From Halocafeteria seosinensis (lineage: Eukaryota), in NCBI GenBank assembly GCA_001687465.1, contig LVLI01000222.1, positions 1-45,664 on the forward strand: DNA of 45,664 nucleotides, written 5' to 3'. Below the pieces are notes generated by a model. The model was not told the origin of the DNA, did not search any database, and worked only from the letters and a program-made list of their open reading frames with translations. Made by a program: the position numbers and the translations under genes. Shown piece by piece: positions 23,047-33,400 of the stretch (position 1 is its first letter; each line of letters begins with the position of its first letter).

Positions 23047-26000
23047 TTTGGAAGAGTCTGCTCAAAGAAGAATTTCGAAGAATTGGTATCTCATTTATCC
23101 AATCAAGCAAACAACTTCTATATTGATATTAGCAATTCTATATTCCTGGGTGGCAAGTGTGCCGGTGTCCGTTAATGTTGAGGACTTCACAAAGTGGACC
23201 AGTTTGTGCACAGCGCTGCGCCGTCATCGACACCGTGTCGACGACACGTCCCTCTTATAAAATACGTTTCCTTGGACTTGGTGCACCAACATACTAAGGC
23301 GATTCGATGCCTCGCTTGAATCACTCTTTTGCACTGATGCAGTTTTCGTAACTTCTCAGATTGGACGTTTCGGGTGTGCGAACGAACTTCGGATTGGTAG
23401 CCCTCTCCATCAGATGATTTTTCTCTTGTCAGTGCACAGTGTATCAAGCGGCAAAGAAGCATCTGCCCTGTTGGTAAAACTGACAAGTAAGGCAAGGTAC
23501 AGGGACTTAACAGTCGCCGTGTGGCCGGTGTGGGCTAGACAGAGTAGCTGTTCTGTGTTTGTTGACGGTCCCTGATTTCGTCAGTGCATGGGGAGTGCAG
23601 CCACCGCGACGCACAATAATTGCGTCACGTGATATTAAAGTCCGGCATTCGACACTCCTGTATTCCATGCCTTTGGTTGCGGCCGTCAGTGAGCTGTGCG
23701 GCAGATCATGATGATGGTACCTGTAGCAGTCTGCAGGTGTAGCTGTATCAAGACAGGAACCACCAACTCTGTAGTCGTTTTCAAGATCGTAGGAAGAGCA
23801 AGATTCCCGGATGGAACTTACCGTAAATTGTTTGTTGAGACTGTCAGTTTCCCACCAGAACGCAGAGGTACGGAGCATGGAAGTTCGCTGAATTGCTTCC
23901 CAGCTTCAGGTTAACATGAAACGAAATCCTCCGCAGTCCTGAAGTGTTCGCGCAACTGAAGTATATGTCCAAGTATCGGTAGCACCAATGCTCTCCGGTA
24001 AAATTGTTCGTTCGAAGCGTCTAGCTGGTCTGGTAACACTTCCAGCACCCAGCATTCCTGGCATTCCAGCAAGAAATTTGCCAAGTTCGATTAGTGTTCC
24101 AATCAAAGTCCCTCCAGCAGCATCCGCTATATAGAATAGTTGAGCTAAAACAAATTCGTTCTCTGCTTCGATGCTTTGTAACTTGCGACAAACCAGTTGA
24201 AACACTTCACACTTGAGTCAACCAGCAGCAAGTAGCCAGCAGCGACGAAACGCCAGTGTATTACATATAGCCAGTGGAGTTGATTGTGCTGAATCTATAT
24301 AGTCGGTGCAATATCATACGTAAGCTTTAGTTGTCTAGGTATGGGAGTATTTGTCTTCGCACTTTGAACATCGTGTGTGATGTACTACAGGCGACACGAA
24401 TTTGAGGAGGTGCATCGCAACTGAACTGTACCGACGGGACTCAACAGCACACTGAACAGTAATTATTGATGGACCGTTGATACAATGAGTACCCAAAGGC
24501 TATGTGTTAGGACTGCTTGCATTAAAGGGGATTTGAGGGAAGAGTCAAGAAACGGTAACGAAAACCAGAAGCACGCCGGGGATGGAGAGAAACTATACAC
24601 GTAGCGTTGTGGGTGAAGGGAGAGTCGGTGGTCAAGCTTGTGCAGGGAACTAGAGCCAGTGCGAAACGAGCGTGATTCTTAAAGCAGTACTTTCTCTACA
24701 TCTATTTAGCGCACTTAAGATCCACCAGTCGTCTGTGCAGAATACTGCGGGTGATCATTGGCGCAAAACTAATGACTCCAAGACCCGGTTCGAGTCGTTT
24801 TGGTTTAGGGACTGGCGAATGAGGAACCCACCGGTCATAGGCCACATTCCGTCGAAGGCAATCCGCGAAGCGTATTTAACACACTAGTCATCGCTTGGAA
24901 TGAATGACTCGCTTGTTACTCAGTCCGTCGCACGACTCTCTGGAATCCAGGAGGGATCATTGAGGTATAACGTGAATCAGCCACATCGTGGAGTGATGCT
25001 GTTCCTGCCTGTGTGCCATCTGTATCATAAAGACCAAAGCTAGCGTGGCGTAAGTCCAGAGGAAGTCGGCTGGTAACTAACGTACGTGTACATAGAGTAT
25101 GTAGAACTTACTGTGCTCCAGTACTGCTGGGGGCGGTGTGGGTATGCGTGGATATGAGCTTTTCACTGTGCATTTTTTCCAGGATAACATTACAGAAACG
25201 GGCATGCTCACTCACTCACGCCCTCCAGTATAATTGCGCAGAGACCGGACATTTAATAGACAGCAAAAACGGAAGGTGGAGTCGAGGAGTGGTGCAATCC
25301 TTCGATCACAGTAGGACGAATGGAAGTAGGATGAGGATTGAAGTATGGCCCTTTGTAGGATAGCACTGGCCCGTCATGTGAATTCGTGGGCTACACTCAA
25401 CACTTCTGGTTCATTCATTAGCATCCTGATTTTTGTGGTAATCTGGTGAATGTTTTGTGAAGAGCCAGTGCCACTGGCTTCACTGGGTCGATATGGCAGC
25501 GCCGCGGAGTTGTCGTCCACGGACTCCTTAGTGGACTTTTGCGCATTGATGCATGCACACAACGAATACATTCTCCTTTTTGTAATATTTTGACATTATT
25601 GCAGATTACTTTTCCGAATGCATGTTTGTCTAAGACACCATGTTTTGATCATTTACATCCGTTCCCAGCAGGTACTGATGGATACAGAGGGCACAGAAGG
25701 ATGTAACTCTCCGGTCAAATTATAATCCACAATGGGGGGACGTAGTAATTCATTGAACCATTCATTAGCTACGTCTGTAGTAATTTTGCTCATGCACGTT
25801 TGGACATGCTAAGTCCAAAATACAGTCAGTGCAAAGCGGTTCTGTCATTTGGCGGAATTTGCGAAACAGCGGGAGCCGGTGTTGAAGGAGTCTTTCGGCT
25901 CCCTTCCCTCAGTTCAAACATGTATTCAGCAGAAGAGTCGGTGCATAGTATGGCGTTGTAGGTACGATATAGCGCACCCAATCAAGAAGTTGTATGCTGT

Positions 26001-26415
26001 ATCTAGTATTGCGCAAGTTGTGTATGCTGTTCTTTCTCGTAGCGGAGTCCTCTCCCGTCTGCAAAACTCGCTGCCGTGGAACTTCCACGGTGGAAGAAAC
26101 CTACATGGCTGTTGTCTGGCGCTAAGGACCACCAAACGAGTAACCGTGATTTTGTTTGTCATAGCGTGTATTTGGCTCGATAGGCGTTGCACTGATAGCG
26201 TGTAAGTCTGGGGCGCATATGGTGCTATTCGCGTGAGAAACTTGACTCCTCCGTTTGCCCTGTGATAGCCCCTCGGTAAGTTTCCCTCGGGTTCTGCAAG
26301 GCATCGCTGTTCTCATGCTCGTTATAAGTTATCTGTTGTGTATGGTCCTCCTTCCGTTATTCCTTGGCTAGTCTTGTGTATCGTTATTCATCACAGATAG
26401 CTGTAATATATACAT

Positions 26416-28036
26416 ATGCATATGGCGCCTCGTTCGACGGCGAGAAACACATGGAAACCTAACATGAGCAGATCGAAACTTGAGGTGCCGAAGTCCAGGT
26501 GGACTCCCGAGGTAAGATCGGAGTTGCGCTATCAACTTTTCAAAGAGCTACATTTTTCTAGAGCGTCTAATGCAGGAAGACCAAATGTTATTGGCAATGA
26601 TCAAAGGCACATATGGAACTCTTCCCTCCGCGAAGCAAATATCCTGGGTCCGTTTCAAAAACAAAATCCCGGGGAGAACGTGTTTGCAGTTAAGAGAAAG
26701 GTTGGTAATTCTTGTTATTCTAGTCTTTGACTTATATACACATTGCAACGATGGTGTGCGCCTTTTCCTGTCGCGACGTTCCAGATATATGCATGCGCTT
26801 GATCCTTCGATTGATTATAATCGCCTGTCGAAGAATGACGTTATACCGATGCTTCAATACCGCCAGATCTACGGGAATAAATGGACAAAAATTGCGAGAA
26901 AATTTCCTGGAAGGTTAGTGAGCATTCCTTTCTTATCGCAGTTAGGCCCTTATATGATTCCAAATGAAAATGAACTAGCGATTTCTGATACCTCCAGGAC
27001 CGCACTGGCAGTCAAAAACGCTTACTACACGATTTACAGGAAGTTCAAGAGAAAATTCGGAAGAGACCCGGCGGACGATGAATTGCTTAACTTTTTTCAG
27101 AATGATGCGGATTCCAGCAAAGAATTCTTTTGGGACGGACAGTCCGAAGAAGGCTCCAATCCCTCGGGAAACGCAAGCGAGGCAAGTTCCATTCTGCGTC
27201 CGCCGGGGTCGCATCACCAACAGGTCCGCAATCGTGAACAATATGCTTCAGCGGAGTCTGTCAAGGTAGTTTCCGCGAAAGAGAGCGGAAAATCGCCACA
27301 GAGTTATGTGCGCCATGATCCAACTCTTTCAGGGGTGCTTCCTCAGCATACAAGTTGTTGCCAGTCTTATGTGGACCCCCGCCAGCCTCGTAGGTTTCTA
27401 CCGCGAGGACAAGCCACAGAATCTTACCCTCGCCCCGAAATGGCATATTATGTGGCACAAAGTTCCGCACCGCGCTTGGAACAGCCTATGTTTGGATCGC
27501 AACCTTCTTCGTGTGTTAGCGGGGCATTTCAAGGGCTGATGTATGCTGCCGTGGATAGGGCCCCTTGTCCCGACCTTCCGCATTCTTTGTTTCGCTCTGA
27601 AGATGACCGGAATATACCGCCTGCTCCGCAGGGGCAAGCGCATTTTTACCCACCGAGCCACATTACCGGCATCAGGGATGGCAATGGTGCCTGGCACTCG
27701 CATCCAGGAAGACCTCATCCAGTGGGTGGCACTGTACATGTCGGAGCAGCTAGAAACGCCTATCCCTCTTCGGCCGCTATTACGGGGAAAAAGCGTCGTT
27801 TAGACTTACAACCTGAGGTGATGTCGGAATGGGCGGAACTCGCTCCTATCCAGGGGTCTTCGACGGAGAACGCAGGCAAGATCTACTCAGACTCTCATTT
27901 TCAACCTGCAATCATTACTGGGGGAGATGTTGTAGTAGAAGAGAGCAGGGCGTACAATACTTCCTTAAAGTATATGGGAGAGGCTACTGAAGCCGGTGAG
28001 ACCACTGAGCTACATGCTTTGAAGAGACGAAAATGA
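26416..28036 (+). CDS. Two-repeat (R2R3-like) Myb transcription factor, ~462 aa, exons 26416-26511, 26576-26700, 26785-26913, 26998-28036
   Basis: After splicing: SRWTPEEDQMLL...ISW...IPGRTCLQLRERYMHALDPSI and YGNKWTKIARKFPGRTALAVKNAYY, then a disordered tail with KKRR/KRRK basic patches. Introns 26512-26575 (64 nt), 26701-26784 (84 nt), 26914-26997 (84 nt). The start could instead be the ATG at 26422. Confidence 0.92.
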
Positions 28037-28112
28037 TACAACACTCTGAACAGTGTCACTGTAACAACAGTCGAGTGCTCTTGATTACGTTTTCTTAATG
28101 GTAGTATTATCG

Positions 28113-29964
28113 TTAGTTTTGCCATGCTAGAAAATCCCTAATGGGGCCTTTGTACATACTACTGCACTTATCGCCCGCAATATTACTCCACCCTGTGCGA
28201 AAATAATTTCCAAGAGCACTCTCTACGTCAGTACTAGAACCATCAACGTCCAACTCTGCTGACACAACTTCATCAGGGGAAGCTCCGTCCGCTCGCGGAT
28301 ACTCCAAGGTGACACAGTATTGTATAACAAGACTGTAACAATTTCTCCAGTGAGTATACCACTCCAAATCCGTATTGCCACTTTCAAACTCGCATCCCTC
28401 ATGCTTACTAGTGTGGACCTGTAAGAGTTTGAAAGCTGAGGAATTCGCATTATGGAACGGTTGCCGGTTTTGTAGAGCTCTTTCGAGGGCTCGTCGAAAG
28501 CTCCGAAGTGGACCTTCTGTAAATTCCACTGCTGATCTGGCACCAGCATCGTTATACAAAATACTACCGTTCGCCCCAATACGGGTATAGGCTCCGCACG
28601 CCGCAAGAAGCTTGGAGATCTTAGGCGAAAATTCTATCCGATGATACCCAGCTCGCTCCGCATTTTTAGGAGACGTTGTTCGAGAGGTGTCTACCAACTC
28701 AGTCCATTCCTTCCTTCTTCCCATTAAGCCGAATTTTGCCACGGGAAGAACGCTGGTACGAAGCGCCCATCTATAAAGATGCTTGTTGAGTACCAGTGCT
28801 AAATCAGCTGGTCCAAACGGTGTGAAAGGGATAATAGAATTCACTAAATTCCCTACAGAAAGTCCTTCCCATTTTCTTTGCAGAACTTCTCGCAGTATTC
28901 GTGCCTGTATCTGTTTGGTGTGACCCTTGAGAAGCATTTGTCTCACTTCATCAGTTTGCATGTCAGCCGTGAGAATAAAAACTGTCTCATCACATGAGAC
29001 CGTACCCTGTTCAGGGGTATGAAGCCGGCACTGGTACCCTTTGATAGAACTGACTAAAAGATCAAGCACGTTGGCCGGAATCTTCCCGGCCTCATCAATG
29101 AGTACCACACCTTTGCCGCCACACTTCCTTAAATGAGTCGCGATTCTCTGTAGAAGCCGTTGTTGGTACTGATTCACGGGCACAGACGGATCGGAAAACT
29201 CCTCTCCACGGACGACGAGGAAGCCATTGGGAGGAGCACCATCGTACCAGGAGTTCCAGACAATAGACACAGGATTCATAGGAACATGTTCAAGGACCGC
29301 TTCCCCAATAGTTTCACCTGCCATTGTTTTCCCGGTACCCGAAGGCCCAACTAACGCCAGGATTAGTGGATGAGCTTCACCTTCCATAACACTGCAGAGC
29401 AAATACGTTCACGACCGTTGCATGATGGCAAACATGGTTTTGACACACTGATTTAAGTACGCACTCTGAGTGAAACCTTTGGATACCGTTCTGAATTGCT
29501 GTCAGGGCTGCCGGTTGGCCGACAAGCCTATTCCTGAGTAGGAAATCCACCTTTCCCACAGGATCTTCATCTAAATGGCAGAAATCTGCAAGCACGACAC
29601 CGTAAATAACCATCATATCATATCTGTTGATTCGTATGTCATCAGTATAATACACACTCATGCTGTAAAGGGCTTGGGCTCGTTTCCATATCCGAACACT
29701 CTGGACGCTTGCGACAATGTAGATAAAGACTGACAGGAGCAGTCCAAATACGGAAGTTCTGAAGTATTTCCCGCTACATGGGTACTTTCGAATAACAGTT
29801 CCGTTTCTTCGGTTCGTGGTCCATGGGGCACCGCCCTTGGCGCACGCATAAGAAGGCGTGGCTACCTCGGTATCACCAAGTATCTGACCACTATAGCTTG
29901 CCGCGTAAGTGGGTGCTTGTTCCCGGTGCCCCAAACTTATCCTTCGACTACGATACCTGCCCAT
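28113..29964 (-). CDS. Membrane-anchored torsin-like/Clp-related AAA+ ATPase, ~568 aa, exons 29964-29658, 29585-29465, 29391-28113
   Basis: TM segment SVFGLLLSVFIYIVASV, then LRNRLVGQPAAL, PLILALVGPSGTGKT (Walker A), VVLIDEAGKI (Walker B), VFILTAD, IIPFTPF, GAR. Introns 29657-29586 (72 nt, in-frame stop-free, less certain) and 29464-29392 (73 nt). Confidence 0.8.
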
Positions 29965-30087
29965 GATAGGGAATGACTGCGTAGAATTCCTAAAGACTAG
30001 ACAGGTGTGGACGCGACGCCCACTCGCTTTCAGACCACAATTCTTAAACTTGTTCACCTTCTTCTAGGACCCTTGGTTGAAGATGAA

Positions 30088-30114
30088 CCGGGCTGGGCCG
30101 GGCTGCCCGGGCTG
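30088..30114 (+). repeat. Three tandem CCGGGCTG octamers in the ATPase/ferlin divergent intergenic region
   Basis: Exact copies at 30088-30095, 30098-30105 and 30107-30114. Confidence 0.7.
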
Positions 30115-30421
30115 ACCAGCGCCGCCAGCGGGAGCATGTGAGGCAACTCCATCTTAGGATTTCCTTCCATATGACAATCTGACGTACAGTGTTTGTTGGG
30201 CAAGATACAAGGCTGTTGCACTGCGCCTCACCGTGTCTCGTCGTGAGCACGTGAGAGATCGTGGGAAAGGGTATACGTCTTCTTGAGTGGATTTTTGCTC
30301 CCAAGATATCGGTGCCTTTTCCTGCATAAATATCTCGATTAAATTCCACCTGCACTTACAAAATAAAGGATATAGGACGCACTGACTTGAAAACGTGTGA
30401 TTGGAGGAAAGAGGGCTAGGG

Positions 30422-33400
30422 ATGAGCTCGAAGACCTCTACGAAGAGTGATCCGTCAGCTGCTGCGGCAGCAGCAGCAACTGAGAGCAAGAAAACAGAAG
30501 AGCCTAAGCTCCTCTCGAAAGATGCCCTGAATAAGAGTGACAAAGGAGGCAAATATGCAGAGGTAATTGGACGCCCAGGTATCACTGAAGGTTATGTGAG
30601 GAAAGCGAATGGACAGGTAACTGAATACAACTGGAAGTAAGCAACTAACACGGTTGGAGACGGCGTGCTGAAAACTACACTTGTGTTGCGTGTTAGCGCA
30701 GGTACCTCGTACATTATGGATCCAGATTGCTTTACTATTATGATTCGTGGCAAAAGGCAGAAGCTGGTATACCAAAAAATTTCATCAATCTGGACGGCGC
30801 AGTTGTGAGGGTTGGCAAGGGTGAGTGGTGTTATCTGTAACGTTTTCAGATTTCCATTACATTACCTAGTCCTATGCAGATCAAGTCGAGAGAGCACAAA
30901 CTATCAGGAAATTCACTTTAAAGGATGAAGCACCGGCCCCCAACTTGAATGTCTTCTCAATCGAAACGGATAGAACGTACAAGTTTGCGTGTGAAACTCC
31001 TCAAGAAATGAATCAATGGGGTCGCGTTCTACTAGAGGCCGCTAATCCGAGTACTTCTAAAAATCCGCAGAAGTCCAGAGCTGATGACAGAGAAGACTAC
31101 AAGGGAGGTATGTATGTTACGCCCAAAGTTAAACCCCCGTCGCCGGAAAAGGTCAAAGACGGGACGAGCAGCACCAAGCCTGAATCCGTGAATGTTGACT
31201 GGGATAAAGAAGCCATGTCGACAGAACAACCGTTGTATGTTACTACAAAGCTTAATTGCATAACAAATGTTGCTTCCCTACTACTCGGAAAGGAGCGAAT
31301 CGAACAAGCCTACTTAGGCGAGCCTTTAGGTCTGTCACCACAGGACATCATAGAGACCATGCTGAAGGTTCAAGTTAAGTTGGAGGATACATCAGACAAG
31401 ACAAACGTCTCAGCCACGGAGATGATCGAATTTTCAGAAGAGGTACTGGGACCATTGAAGCAACTCTTGGCTCTAGACATTCCGTCACTGTCAAGAAAGC
31501 AATCCCAGCAAGATGATGATGCCATCTCCTCCCCTGGGGTCGACGAAGAAGACACTGACTCAAATCCTGAAGATAGTTCTCGTACCAGGCGAGCTCTCTC
31601 AGAGGGTCACGAAGCAGACTCTGGTTCCGATGATGACGTCGCTACTGCTAAGCGCCGCAAACAATCTTTGCTTGAGGAAGTAGTCGATTATACGCTTGAT
31701 GAGGACAGGTGCTTCGATTCCCTTCCGCTAAGTGCGGAGCATCCACTCAGTCTGTCTGACCAACGTTTGTCCATTACGACTAAACTTTCAGGAAAGAATG
31801 CAGTAAGATTCAGGGTGACTAACTTTACACTCGATAGAGTTCCTTACTGTTCGGAGGAGGAGGAGACTCAGCGACTGCACCCAGAATCCTCTCTGAACCT
31901 GAAGGTTCCATTAGTGAGAATTCGTGAACCGCAAGAAGAGTATGCTAAATGTCCTATGCTACACATTGAACTAAAGCTATCTAAACACGGCCAAAGAAAG
32001 ACTTCAGCCAAAAGGCAGAAGTCCGATCAAGACGGTAAGCACGAGATTCTTGGAAGGGCTGCTGGCCTAGGAAGTCATCCGCTTCTGGAGCCAGTTGACG
32101 TCGTACCGTTTTATCGGAACTGCCCCCTCAGAGTATTCAAGGACTATGATCTAAAGTTTATGGCGGATGCGCTCGGTCTACGCGTTCAAGCCAGTAGGTC
32201 ACCTGAGGATAATTTTTACGCTAACATCTTCAAAACGTTGTTGGGGCGATCCTTTCACTTTGGGACACCGACGGGTTTGTACGCGTTAAAGAACGAGACC
32301 CCTCTGGGACGTCTCAATGAGTCTTGCAAGCTATTGGTGCTTGGAAACGAGTCTTATGCATCCGGCACTTCAAGTGAAAACGCGAGAGCAGTCAGGTATA
32401 ACATGCCTAAGAGTGACGAAGGAGAAACCAGCGGTGCGGATCCGCAATATTCCTTTTCTGTGCTACACCATGGTTCCGTTGCCTTGTCTCCCATATGTTC
32501 TTTGCCCGCGTTTGTAGACGATTCCCATCAGCATCTGCTGAGTTCCATGGGGAAGGCGGTAAGTAGCTCCTCTGTGACAAAGGATGAGGAAGACGATCCT
32601 CACGAAACCCATTTCCTCCATGGCTCGTGGGATAAGGCTGCTATGCTATCCCAGAGCTCCACTTACACTATGCGAGGAGGAGCATATCGCATTACAGTGG
32701 GCATTAACCATGTACAGGACGTCTGTCTTCCTGTTCGACGGCCCACAACATATGAGGACGTGATTCAAGTTGGGAATTCTGGGTCGCTGGTCTACTGCAA
32801 ATCACTATTTGTGCGAGTTACGGTATTGGGGAAGGGTGTTTCTGGAGGCTCCGAAAAACGTCTGTATTCGCGCCTTTCACCTTCCACCATATGCCGACCT
32901 CACCTTGAAGGTCAGGAAAAGAAATCTGAACCTGAGCCCGCGGGCTCTCCTTCTCCCATGAAGAACTATCAGTGGTCATTTCAAGGAGCCTTGAACTTCG
33001 ATTTGGGCTCGTTGACGGAGGAAGAATTAAAGGGGTGCTCACTAAAAATTGAACTTTGTGCCCCGCGTAAAAGCGAGGTTTTAGTTAGCCAGAAAACCCG
33101 GCTAACAAGAGAAGAAGAATTTACATTGGGAGAGTTTATCGCACCGCTCCCCACAATCTACTACCAGATAGCAAAACAAGGAGGTACTGGCCTTAAATGG
33201 ACTCGCTGGATAGGTTTTGGTACACCACCGCGGGAAAAAGATGTAATGAATCTGTTCTGGGAGGAGCGGGATTTCAAATATCTGTGCACTGCCCATGCAA
33301 TGCATTTCTGTAGAGGTTTTGGCGCCGTAAGGGTTAGTTTTGACCCAATCAGCTGGGAGAGTGAAAGGGACTATGGACTTGCGGCTCACAAGGCTGTTTT

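Noticed and set aside
24760..24796. TGGCGCAA ... GGTTCGAGTC resembling Pol III A/B boxes (tRNA or SINE)
   Set aside because: The boxes are only ~27 nt apart, the T-arm does not pair, and no cloverleaf can be drawn.
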